From positions 32,001 through 96,000 of the forward strand of contig JASGJN010000023.1 in NCBI GenBank assembly GCA_049840735.1: a stretch of 64,000 nt of DNA, given 5' to 3'. The translations under genes and the position numbers were made by a program. The notes under the pieces were generated by a model. It did no database searches. It had not been told where the DNA came from and worked only from the letters and a program-made list of their open reading frames with translations. Source of the stretch: Anaeromyxobacter sp. (GTDB taxonomy: Bacteria; Myxococcota; Myxococcia; Myxococcales; Anaeromyxobacteraceae). Within the stretch, counting starts at the first letter, position 1. Every line of letters begins with the position of its first letter. Positions 52,857 to 61,245 of the stretch are shown here, one piece after another.

Positions 52857-53453
52857 CGGATTGGTCGGGGGCAGATCGGGCGCGGCTGCTGGACCTCCTG
52901 CGGTTGCTCTCCTTCGAGCGGCGCAAGGTGGTGCTGGCCTCGGGGCGCGAGAGCGACTTCTACATCGACTGCAAGCGCACCGCGCTCACCGCCGAGGGGC
53001 ACGTGCTCGTCGGCCGGCTGCTGCTGGAGCAGGTGCGCCAGCTCCCGCCGCCGGTGCGCGGCGTGGGCGGCCTCACGCTGGGCGCCGACCCCATCGCCAG
53101 CGCCGTGGCCACGGCCAGCTTCCTCGAGGTGGAGCGCGCGCGCGCCGCCGGGCAGGCCGAGCCGGCCGTCCACGACGCGTTCATCGTCCGCAAGGAGCCC
53201 AAGGGCCACGGCACCGGCCAGTGGATTCGAGGGGCGCAAGACCATCCCCGACGGCAGCCGGGTGGTGATCATCGAGGACGTGGTGACCACCGGCGGCAGC
53301 GCGCTCAAGGCCATCGCCCGCTGCCGCGAGGAGCAGCTGGTCCCGGTCGCCTGCCTGGCGCTGGTGGACCGCCTGGAGGGCGGGCGCGAGGCCATCGAGG
53401 CCGAGGGCGTGCCGCTCCACCCGCTCTTCACGCGGAAGGACTTCCTCCCGTGA
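52853..53453 (+). CDS. pyrE: Orotate phosphoribosyltransferase (apparent +1 frameshift at ~53226)
   Basis: LASGRESDFYIDCK, GGLTLGADP, VRKEPKGHG in one frame; IIEDVVTTGGS, LVDR in the next; GATTCGAG->GATCGAG gives WIEG. Confidence 0.93.
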
Positions 53454-54112
53454 CCCGCCGCCGGGCCGCTGCAGCGCTCGCCTTCGCCGTCCTGCTGGCC
53501 GGCGCCGGCGGGTGCTCGAAGTGGAAGAGCCTGGTGAAGTACGAGCCGCAGCCCGGACCGCGCGTGGGCGAGTGGTCCGACGTGCGCAAGGCCGTGACGC
53601 GGCGCGAGCAGCTCTACGACGGCTTCGACCACCGCGCCACCGCGACCGCCACCTACCTGAGCCCGGCGGTCCGCGTGGCCCGCACCAAGCGGCTCGCCGA
53701 GTGGCAGAGCTGGACCGACGCCGAGCTGGCGCGCGCGCTGACGGCGGAGAGGGCCGAGGCCGACCGGTACGAGGACTTCGTGGTGGCGTTCTACGCCGCC
53801 GATCCGAGGACCAACGACCTGGACGGCAAGCAGAGCGTCTGGCGCGTGGCGCTGGAGGTGGACGAGGGCGAGTTCCGCCCCGCCGAGATCCGGGCGCTCG
53901 ACATCGACGCCACGCTGCTCAACCTGTATCCGTACATCGGCAACTTCGACGTGGTGTACCGGGTCCGCTTCCCGCGCGCGCCCGGCGGCCCGCTGGGGGG
54001 GCGGATGGCGGTGCTGGAGATCGCCGGCGCGCTCGGCCAGATCAACCTGGACTTCGAGACCCCCGCCGCGGTCGCGCCGGAGTGGCCGCTGGAGCGGATC
54101 CCGGACCGGTGA
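53450..54112 (+). CDS. Putative lipoprotein
   Basis: GTG overlapping the pyrE stop; AGGC lipobox; codon bias. Confidence 0.75.
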   Translation: MTRRRAAAALAFAVLLAGAGGCSKWKSLVKYEPQPGPRVGEWSDVRKAVTRREQLYDGFDHRATATATYLSPAVRVARTKRLAEWQSWTDAELARALTAERAEADRYEDFVVAFYAADPRTNDLDGKQSVWRVALEVDEGEFRPAEIRALDIDATLLNLYPYIGNFDVVYRVRFPRAPGGPLGGRMAVLEIAGALGQINLDFETPAAVAPEWPLERIPDR

Positions 54113-54141
54113 TCAGGACGGGGTGACCGGGCCTCGACGCT

Positions 54142-54190
54142 CCGTTCGTCCTGAGCGTAGCGCCCGCGAAGCGGGCGCGGAGTCGAAGGA
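54142..54190 (-). repeat. Structured REP-like element, copy 11
   Basis: CCGTTC-GTCC-TGAGCGTA-GCGCCCGC-GAA-GCGGGCGC-GGAGTCGAA-GGAC; between convergent genes. Confidence 0.85.
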
Positions 54191-54199
54191 CAGGGACCG

Positions 54200-55801
54200 C
54201 TACTCCAGGTCCCCCCGCGTGATCACCGTGTCGCGCAGCCAGCGGTCGTCGGCGTGCGGGTGGTCGAGCAGGGCGTGCAGCCCGCGCGACTCCTTCCGCT
54301 GCCGCGCGCACTCCACGATGAGCAGCGCCACGTCGGCCAGGTTGCGCAGCTCGATCAGGTCCGGCGTGAGCCGGTACTGCCAGTAGTACTCGCGGATCTC
54401 GCCGCGCAGCAGCGAGAGCCGCTGGCGGGCCCGGTCCAGCCGCTTCATGGTCCGGACGATGCCGACGTAGTTCCACATCAGCCGGCGGACCTCGTCCCAG
54501 TTGTGCGCGACGACCACGCCCTCCTCCGGCGCCAGCGCGTCGCCCGGGTTCCAGTCCGGCACCTGCTCGGCCGCCCCGCGGTCCAGCTCCTCCACCGCCC
54601 GGCGCGCCGCGCGCGCCCCGAACACCAGCCCCTCCAGCAGCGAGTTGGAGGCCAGCCGGTTGGCGCCGTGCAGGCCGGTGTGGCTCACCTCGCCCACCGC
54701 GTAGAGCCGGGGCAGGGAGGTGCGGCCCTCCAGGTCGGTGACCACGCCGCCGCACTGGTAGTGCGCGGCCGGCACCACCGGGATGGGCTGGACCGCCATG
54801 TCCACGCCGAACTCCTTGCAGGTGGCGTAGATGTGCGGGAAGTGCTCGAGCAGGAAGCCCTTGGGCAGGTGCGTCATGTCGAGGAAGGCGCACTCGTCGC
54901 CGCGCCGCTTCATCTCGGCGTCGATGGAGCGGGCCACCACGTCGCGCGGCGCCAGCTCCTTGCGCGCGTCGTAGCGGGACATGAAGGCCTCGCCCGCGCC
55001 GTTGCGCAGGATGCCGCCCTCGCCGCGGCAGGCCTCCGAGACCAGGAAGCTCTTGGCTTGCGGGTGGAACAGGCAGGTGGGGTGGAACTGGAAGAACTCG
55101 AGGTTGGCCACCGCCGCGCCGGCCCGGTAGGCCATGGCCACGCCGTCGCCGGTCGCGACGTCCGGGTTGCTGGTGTAGAGGTAGACCTTGCCGGCGCCTC
55201 CGGTGGCCAGCACCGTGGCGCGGGCCGCGATGGTCATGACCTGGCCGGAGGCGCGGTCCAGCACGTAGGCGCCCAGCACGCGGTTGGGCCCGCCCAGCCC
55301 GGCCTTGCCGCTGGTGAGCAGATCGACCGCGACCTGGTCGTCGAGGATGCGGACGCCGCGCGCGTCGCACTCGGCCAGCAGCACGTGCTCCACCTCGCGC
55401 CCGGTGGTGTCCTTCACGTGCGCCACGCGCCGGCGGGAGTGGCCCCCCTCGCGCGTCAGGTGGAGCCGCTCGGCGCCGTCCTGGTCGAAGTCCACGCCCA
55501 GCTTCTGGAGCCAGCGGATCCGATCCGGCCCCTCGCGCACGGTGACCTCGACCGCGTCGCGCTTGCAGAGCCCGGCGCCGGCCACCAGCGTGTCCTGGAT
55601 GTGCAGCTCGGGGCGGTCGTCCGCCCCCAGCACCCCGGCGATGCCGCCCTGGGCGTAGAAGGTGGACCCCTCGGAGCGCTGCCGCTTGGTCAGGACCAGC
55701 ACCGAGCCGTGCGCCGCGGCCTCCAGCGCGAAGGTGAGGCCGGCGATGCCGCCGCCCAGCACCAGGAAGTCCACGTTCGTGCGGGGACCGAGGGCCGTCA
55801 T
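54200..55801 (-). CDS. nadB: L-aspartate oxidase
   Basis: GGGIAGL, AQGGIA, EGGHSRRR, QFHPT, AHYQCGG, HGANRLASNSLLE, ESRGLH. Confidence 0.96.
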   Translation of the reverse strand: MTALGPRTNVDFLVLGGGIAGLTFALEAAAHGSVLVLTKRQRSEGSTFYAQGGIAGVLGADDRPELHIQDTLVAGAGLCKRDAVEVTVREGPDRIRWLQKLGVDFDQDGAERLHLTREGGHSRRRVAHVKDTTGREVEHVLLAECDARGVRILDDQVAVDLLTSGKAGLGGPNRVLGAYVLDRASGQVMTIAARATVLATGGAGKVYLYTSNPDVATGDGVAMAYRAGAAVANLEFFQFHPTCLFHPQAKSFLVSEACRGEGGILRNGAGEAFMSRYDARKELAPRDVVARSIDAEMKRRGDECAFLDMTHLPKGFLLEHFPHIYATCKEFGVDMAVQPIPVVPAAHYQCGGVVTDLEGRTSLPRLYAVGEVSHTGLHGANRLASNSLLEGLVFGARAARRAVEELDRGAAEQVPDWNPGDALAPEEGVVVAHNWDEVRRLMWNYVGIVRTMKRLDRARQRLSLLRGEIREYYWQYRLTPDLIELRNLADVALLIVECARQRKESRGLHALLDHPHADDRWLRDTVITRGDLE

Positions 55802-55875
55802 GGAGGCTGGTGTAGCACACGGCCAGGGAAGAAAGTTGTCCGGTCCAGCGTACTGCTGGTAGGTTTTTCTGCTGG

Positions 55876-56502
55876 ATGCGTCCCCTCCGCGCCCTCGTCG
55901 CCGCGGCCCTGCTCGGGCCCATGCTCGCGCCAGCGGCGCGCGCCGGGGATCTCTACTCCTACGTGGACGGCGACGGGGTCCTCCACTTCTCCAACGCGCC
56001 GTCCGACGCGAAGTACCGCAAGGTCCGCCGCGCCACGCAGAGCTCCGCCGGCATCTACCGGCCGGACGGGCAGGCGACCTCCCGCCCGCTCCCCCGCGGC
56101 GAGACCGTGGCCCAGTTCCGGGCGCACGTGAAGGCCGCCGCCGCGAAGTACAACCTCCCCGAGGCGCTGCTGCTGGCGGTCATGTCGGTCGAGTCCAACT
56201 GCGACCCGCGCGCCGTCTCCGAGAAGGGGGCGATGGGGCTCATGCAGCTCATGCCCGGCACGGCGCGGGACATGTACGTGGAGGACGCCTACGAGCCGGC
56301 CCAGAACATCGACGGCGGCGCGCGCTACCTGCGCATCCTCGCGAACCAGTACCGCGGCGACATGATCCAGACGCTGGCCGCCTACAACGCCGGGCCGGAG
56401 GCGGTGCGCCGCGCCGGCGGGCAGGTGCCGAACATCCCCGAGACGCAGGCGTACGTCCGCAAGGTCATCGCGCTGTACGAGGCGTTCAAGGCGGGGCTGT
56501 AG
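55876..56502 (+). CDS. Lytic transglycosylase (SLT) with DUF4124-like N-domain
   Basis: YSYVDGDGVLHFSN; VES, GAMGLMQLMP, AAYNAG, ETQAYV. Confidence 0.92.
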   Translation: MRPLRALVAAALLGPMLAPAARAGDLYSYVDGDGVLHFSNAPSDAKYRKVRRATQSSAGIYRPDGQATSRPLPRGETVAQFRAHVKAAAAKYNLPEALLLAVMSVESNCDPRAVSEKGAMGLMQLMPGTARDMYVEDAYEPAQNIDGGARYLRILANQYRGDMIQTLAAYNAGPEAVRRAGGQVPNIPETQAYVRKVIALYEAFKAGL

Positions 56503-56504
56503 CC

Positions 56505-57731
56505 GTGGTCCGCCACGGCGCCGGCGACGACGGGCTCGGGCTCGACGACGCGATCGAGCAGCACCTGCGCCGCGGGGCCGAGCGGCTCGCGCGCGGGGAC
56601 GTGGACGGCGCCGCCGAGGCCCTCGAGCAGGCGCGCGCGCTGCGCCCCGACGACGTGCAGGTGATGGGGCTGGCCGGCCAGGTGGCCTACCGCCGCGGCG
56701 ACTGGGCCGTGGCCGTGGAGGCCTGGCAGACGCTGGTGGACGCGAACCCCGGCGAGCCGGCCGCGCGCGTGAACCTCGGGCTGGCGCTGCTGCGCGGCCG
56801 CCGCCACGCCGAGGCGGTGCGGCAGCTGGAGGTGGCGCTGGAGCTGGCGCCCGACCACCGCCGCGCCATGAACTACCTCGGGCTGGCGCTGCTCGAGTGC
56901 AACGACCCGCGCCGCGCCCGCACCTGGTTCGTGCGGGCCGGCAGCGACCAGATGGTGGCGCGCTGCGACGAGCGGCTGGGGCTGCCCAACCTGCGCCGCC
57001 GGCCGGCGCCGGACGACGCCGCCGCCGAGGCCCGCCCCGAGCCCATGCCCGGCCCCGGGCGCCCGGGCGAGGAGGTGGCCTTCGCCGAGCTGCCGCTGGC
57101 CGGGAGCCCGGCGCCGACCGCCTCGCTGGACGTGTGCGACGGGCTGCTGGTGGTGCGCGCCGGCGCGCGGGTCAGGCTCTCCGGGTGGGTGGCGACCGAG
57201 GGGCCGCTCTTGCCGGTGCCCGAGGTGCGCTGGAGCGCCGGCCTGCCCACCGAGGTGCCGTTCGGCGGCGGGGCCGACCAGCTGCACCGGCTGCAGGGCG
57301 AGGGGCTGCTGCGCGTCGCCCCTGGGCCCGGGAGCCGCTTCACGCTGACCGCCTTGGTAGGCGAGCCCGCCTGGCTTCGCGAGGCCGCCGTGGCCGCCCT
57401 GGACGGCCAGGTGGCGTTCGAGAATGGGCTGCTGCCCGGGGTGGGTGGGGTGGAGGTGGTGGAGGTGCGCGGCCCCGGCGCGGCGGTGATCCGGTCGCGC
57501 GGCGCGCCGGTGGTGCTGGCCGTGTCGCCGGGCGCGCCGGTGCAGGTGCAGGCCCGGGCGCTGCTGGCCTGGTCCGGCGCCCTGGCCGCCCGCGGCCTGC
57601 CGTCGCCCGCCCTCCGGGAGGCCCAGGGTGAGCGGGAAGAGGAGTGGCCGCCAGCCGTGGAGCTGTCCGGCGAGGGGCGGGTGGTGATCGATCCAGGCGC
57701 GCCGGGCGCGCCGGACGGAGGCGGCGCGTGA
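56505..57731 (+). CDS. TPR protein with AIM24-like C-terminal domain
   Basis: N-terminal TPRs (VNLGLA, NYLGLA); C-terminal LREAAV.A...FENG, V.GPG, LLAWSG pattern. Confidence 0.7.
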   Translation: MVRHGAGDDGLGLDDAIEQHLRRGAERLARGDVDGAAEALEQARALRPDDVQVMGLAGQVAYRRGDWAVAVEAWQTLVDANPGEPAARVNLGLALLRGRRHAEAVRQLEVALELAPDHRRAMNYLGLALLECNDPRRARTWFVRAGSDQMVARCDERLGLPNLRRRPAPDDAAAEARPEPMPGPGRPGEEVAFAELPLAGSPAPTASLDVCDGLLVVRAGARVRLSGWVATEGPLLPVPEVRWSAGLPTEVPFGGGADQLHRLQGEGLLRVAPGPGSRFTLTALVGEPAWLREAAVAALDGQVAFENGLLPGVGGVEVVEVRGPGAAVIRSRGAPVVLAVSPGAPVQVQARALLAWSGALAARGLPSPALREAQGEREEEWPPAVELSGEGRVVIDPGAPGAPDGGGA

Positions 57732-58336
57732 CCCAGCGTTCCCTGCGGCACGAGTTCCTGAACCTGCCCAACGCGATCACGCTGACGCGGATCGCGCTCA
57801 TCCCCGTGTTCCTGTGGTTCACGTTCAACGGGGCGCGGCTGGAGTCGTTCGTGGGCGCGCTGATCTACGCCGCCACCGGCGCCACCGACTTCCTCGACGG
57901 CTGGGTCGCGCGCCGGAACAACCTGGTCACCGTGATCGGCAAGTTCCTCGACCCGCTGGCCGACAAGCTGATCGTGATGGCCGCGCTGGTGACCCTGGTG
58001 CACCTCGGCCGCGTGGCGGCCTGGGTGGTGATCTTCATCATGGCCCGCGAGTTCATCGTCACCGGCCTGCGGACCATCGCCATGAGCGAGGGGATCGTGA
58101 TCGCCGCTGGGCAGGAGGGGAAGCACAAGACCGCCTTCCAGGTCGCCTCCATCACCTTCCTGATCCTGCACTACCGCTACCCCATCGACGCCGGCGCCTT
58201 CACGTTCGAGATGGACGCCAACCGGGTGGGGACCTGGCTGCTCTACATCTCGCTGTTCTTCTCGGTGACCTCGGCCGTCGGGTACTTCAGCGGCTTCATC
58301 AAGGCCGTGTACGCCCCCCCGGCGAAAGACGCTTGA
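57728..58336 (+). CDS. pgsA: CDP-diacylglycerol--glycerol-3-phosphate 3-phosphatidyltransferase
   Basis: NLPNAITLTRI, TDFLDGWVAR, GKFLDPLADK, REFIVTGLR, GKHKT. Confidence 0.95.
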   Translation: MTQRSLRHEFLNLPNAITLTRIALIPVFLWFTFNGARLESFVGALIYAATGATDFLDGWVARRNNLVTVIGKFLDPLADKLIVMAALVTLVHLGRVAAWVVIFIMAREFIVTGLRTIAMSEGIVIAAGQEGKHKTAFQVASITFLILHYRYPIDAGAFTFEMDANRVGTWLLYISLFFSVTSAVGYFSGFIKAVYAPPAKDA

Positions 58337-58362
58337 CACCCCCCCGGCTGGCCTTCTATAAA
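58333..58362 (+). promoter_or_regulatory. Sigma70 promoter of tRNA-Gly
   Basis: TTGACA-18nt-TATAAA; the -35 overlaps the pgsA stop codon. Confidence 0.8.
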
Positions 58363-58389
58363 CCGCGTCCTCGCAACGCGAGAAGCTTC

Positions 58390-58464
58390 GCGGGAATAGC
58401 TCAGCGGTAGAGCATCGCCTTGCCAAGGCGAGGGTCGACGGTTCAAATCCGTTTTCCCGCTCCA
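58390..58464 (+). tRNA. tRNA-Gly (GCC)
   Basis: Full cloverleaf GCGGGAA/TTCCCGC; anticodon loop TTGCCAA; GTTCAAATC T-loop; encoded CCA. Confidence 0.98.
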
Positions 58465-58469
58465 TCTTG

Positions 58470-58509
58470 CCCCCGGTTTCCACCTTGGAGACCGGGGGCT
58501 TCTTCTTTT
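58470..58509 (+). terminator. Intrinsic terminator after tRNA-Gly
   Basis: GCCCCCGGTTTCCA/TGGAGACCGGGGGC stem followed by TTCTTCTTTT. Confidence 0.85.
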
Positions 58510-58612
58510 CCGGCGCCGCGCACGCGGACCTGAGCCCAGGGCTCGGACTTGATTAGGGCCGATGTGGTCACCGCGGCCTGGGGGTCGGGACCGCGGGCCT
58601 CGGGTCGATAGG

Positions 58613-58685
58613 GGTGATCGGCATGCGCCGGAATCGGTGATCGGCTTGCTCCGGAATCGGTGATCGGCATGGGCCGGTGCACGCA
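58613..58685. mobile_element. Orphan IS21-family end (terminal CA with three 23-bp subterminal repeats)
   Basis: GGTGATCGGC at 58613, 58636 and 58659, ending ...CCGGTGCACGCA; multiple subterminal repeats plus a TG..CA end are typical of IS21. Confidence 0.7.
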
Positions 58686-58967
58686 CTCTTCCGCTGCTCG
58701 GGTGCGTTCGCCATCCGCCTGTCTCTGCAAGAGGGTTTCAGCCTCGGCTGAAAGGCTGGCGGGGCGTCTCCGCAATGTCTCCGCGCGCTCGACCGTCCGG
58801 CTGCCGGATGCCCACGGTCTGGGTGACCTCGCGCTACTCCCCGAGCGAGGTCAGCCGCTCGACCGCGTAGTTGCCGTGACCCTCCCTGCGCATGTCCATC
58901 GACTCGTCGCGGCACTCGCCGCAGCGCTAGCGCACAGTGCGTAGCGCTCGAGGACGAGCATCTTGCT

Positions 58968-59166
58968 TCACGACCGCTTCTTCCGACGCCGAGTCGCGGT
59001 CACCTCCTCTGCCGCCTCCCGCTTGCGGTAGCTCTCGCCCTCAATGCTGATGCATCCGCTCGTGGAAGCGGATGTGATCGCCGGCCCGCTCCAGGACGAC
59101 GCTCTTCAGGCTGTCGTAGAGGATCGCCCTCGGTAAGCCGCCGAGCGCGTTGAACCCTTCGGCCAT
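58968..59166 (-). pseudogene. IS21 relic: istA DDE-core fragment joined to the istB 3' end
   Basis: 59166-59053 reads [33 protein letters not shown] (IstA-like); 59051-58968 reads [13 protein letters not shown]...* (IstB C-terminus). Confidence 0.75.
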
Positions 59167-59214
59167 CTCCCACGGTGGGCCGGCTTGGGTTCGTTCGTCT
59201 CTGAACGGCTCGCT

Positions 59215-59724
59215 TCAGAAGGGGTCGTCGCCTTCCGGGAACCGACGTAGAACCCGGTCCACATCCTTCGCCACCTCCTCTGTGGAGGGGAGGTCGAATG
59301 CAGGCGGGACGGGGCTGACCAGGCGAAACCCAAGGGCCGCCCAGTCCGCGAAGCTCGGCGCCTGAACGAGGAACTCGTCTCGATCGAGTGCGCCGAAGCC
59401 CACGCGAACCACCGGCCAGCGCTCCGGTTCGGGAGCGGCGGACATGTCCAGCACGATGGCGTCGTCACCGCCGTCCGATCCTACGGCAAAGGTCTCAGGG
59501 AGCCAGCGCTGGATGCCGTATCCGGCATTCGACCCTGGTACCTCGGTGGCGGACCAGAGGCGCAAGCGATCGCCGCCCAGGTCGTGCACGCCTCGCTCTG
59601 CGCCGTCCGTTTCCAGCAGGAACTCGAGGTATCGGGGCGGCAAGTCTCTCCCGAGCCAGCGCCTGAGGTCTGCGATGGCCGCTTCGGTGGCCGGCGGGCG
59701 CTGAACCTGAAAATGTTCCTTCAC
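59215..59724 (-). CDS. SMI1/KNR4 (SUKH) family protein
   Basis: PPATEAAIADL...LPPRYLEFLLETDG, VGSDGG..IVLD, SFADW; AGGAGGAGG RBS; weaker GC3 bias. Confidence 0.8.
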   Translation of the reverse strand: MKEHFQVQRPPATEAAIADLRRWLGRDLPPRYLEFLLETDGAERGVHDLGGDRLRLWSATEVPGSNAGYGIQRWLPETFAVGSDGGDDAIVLDMSAAPEPERWPVVRVGFGALDRDEFLVQAPSFADWAALGFRLVSPVPPAFDLPSTEEVAKDVDRVLRRFPEGDDPF

Positions 59725-59778
59725 GGCGCACCTCCTCCTGCGCTTCTACCCGGACCTGGTCGAGGCGGCCAGCGCAGC

Positions 59779-61245
59779 TCAGTCGCCGCGCTCGCCGTCA
59801 CCGGGCAGCGGCGCGCGCCGCGCCAGCACCCGCTCCACCTCCCGCGCCAGCTCCGCCACGGAGGTGCCGGGGGCCTCGGGGTGGCGCCGGATCCTGGCGA
59901 AGACCCGCTCCAGGCGCTCGACGGTGGCGTCGTCGCGCCGCTCGGGCTCGGGGGCGGCGGCCGCGACCACGTCGGCGCCTCGCCGCGCGTGCGAACGCGC
60001 CGCGACGGCGGCGTGGTGCAGGGCGGCGCGCTCCAGCAGCACCCAGGGGAAGCTGGCCCCGTCGTGCGGTCCGATGACGAGGCGGGTGGTGCGCGAGGAG
60101 GTGAAGAGCGCGTCGAGGGCCCGCCGCATCGAGGCGACGGGGCCGGCCTCGTGGGCGCGGAGCCGCCGCCGGGAGAGGTTCCAGGCGGCGGCGCCGGCCC
60201 CCACCGCGGCGCCGATGGCGGCGCCTGCGCCCAGGCTCGCGCCGCCCGTCGCCGCGTCGGCGGCGAGGCCGGTGGCGGCGCCCGCCATGGCCGCGGCCAC
60301 CACCTGCTGCCGCGGCGAGAGGCCCAGCGTCGTCCAGGTGTCCTCGGCGAACAGATCCCGCAGCCAGACCGGCGCCGCGAGCGCGCCGGCCTCCACGGTC
60401 CCCGGGGCGAAGCCGTAGAGCTGCTCCACCGCTGCCCTGGCCTCGGCCTCGCGCCTGGAGAGGTGGCGGTGGAACCGCTCCTCGAGCTCGGCGCGCCGGG
60501 GCTCCAGCGGCTCGTCGCGGTCCACGCTGAGCTCCTCGGCGTGGGTGAGCTGGTCCACCAGGAGGCGCGCCACGATCGTGGCCGCCTGGGACCGGAGCGC
60601 GGACCGCCGGCGCCCCAGGGCGCGCTCCACCTCCGCGAGCGCCGGGCGCCAGGCCGGCCTGGCCAGCGCCACCGCCTCCAGCAGCGCCGCCCGCCCGGCG
60701 GGACCGGGCACGGTCAGATCGAGGGCTAGGCGGCTCGGGTACCGGTCGGCCAGCGCCGCGAGCCAGGCCGCGCAGTGATCCTCGCTGCCGCCGGCGCGAA
60801 CCACCAGCAGCACCCCGGGCGGCCCTGCCCAGGCCAGGAGGTCGGCGTCGGCGAGGTGGTTCGGGCGGAACGGACGGGAGCCGTCGACGACGTGAACCGG
60901 GCAGGCGCCAGCGGCGACGGCCTCGAGCGCGCTCCGCTCCGCGGCGAACTCCGCGCCCGCGTGAGCGGCAAGGAGATCGAGCGCCCGGGCCCGGCGCGCC
61001 TCCGGCGTGGCCAGCGCCGCGCCCATCCAGTGGAGGGCGCGCGCGGCGTCCTCCATCCCGGGCAAATCCACCACCTCCAGGAGCGGCGTCCCATCGGCGG
61101 GCAGCGGCCAGCGGCGCGGCGCGGCGGTGGTGAAGGGGGCCGCGCCGATGCCGGTCTCCGCCTGGACCAGGGCGGCGACTGCGCTCGAGGTCCCCTGGCC
61201 CGGGCGGCCCACGAACGCGAGCACGAGCGGCGCCGGCGCGTTCAC
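59779..61245 (-). CDS. GTPase/DUF3482 domain protein (degenerate Walker A)
   Basis: AFVGRPGQGTSS, TT, DLPGMEDA, VVDGSRP; C-terminal DAATGGASLGAGAAIG glycine zipper. Confidence 0.75.
   Translation of the reverse strand: MNAPAPLVLAFVGRPGQGTSSAVAALVQAETGIGAAPFTTAAPRRWPLPADGTPLLEVVDLPGMEDAARALHWMGAALATPEARRARALDLLAAHAGAEFAAERSALEAVAAGACPVHVVDGSRPFRPNHLADADLLAWAGPPGVLLVVRAGGSEDHCAAWLAALADRYPSRLALDLTVPGPAGRAALLEAVALARPAWRPALAEVERALGRRRSALRSQAATIVARLLVDQLTHAEELSVDRDEPLEPRRAELEERFHRHLSRREAEARAAVEQLYGFAPGTVEAGALAAPVWLRDLFAEDTWTTLGLSPRQQVVAAAMAGAATGLAADAATGGASLGAGAAIGAAVGAGAAAWNLSRRRLRAHEAGPVASMRRALDALFTSSRTTRLVIGPHDGASFPWVLLERAALHHAAVAARSHARRGADVVAAAAPEPERRDDATVERLERVFARIRRHPEAPGTSVAELAREVERVLARRAPLPGDGERGD

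Noticed and set aside
52853..54112. PyrE-lipoprotein fusion (419 aa) and Ohr-MarR fusion (6075-7562) in the ORF track
   Set aside because: Both arise from the single-base indels; the downstream genes have their own overlapping starts
58613..58685. Three regularly spaced repeats resembling a mini-CRISPR
   Set aside because: Period is only 23 bp, the intervening parts are similar to each other, there are no cas genes, and it ends in CA like an IS21 terminus
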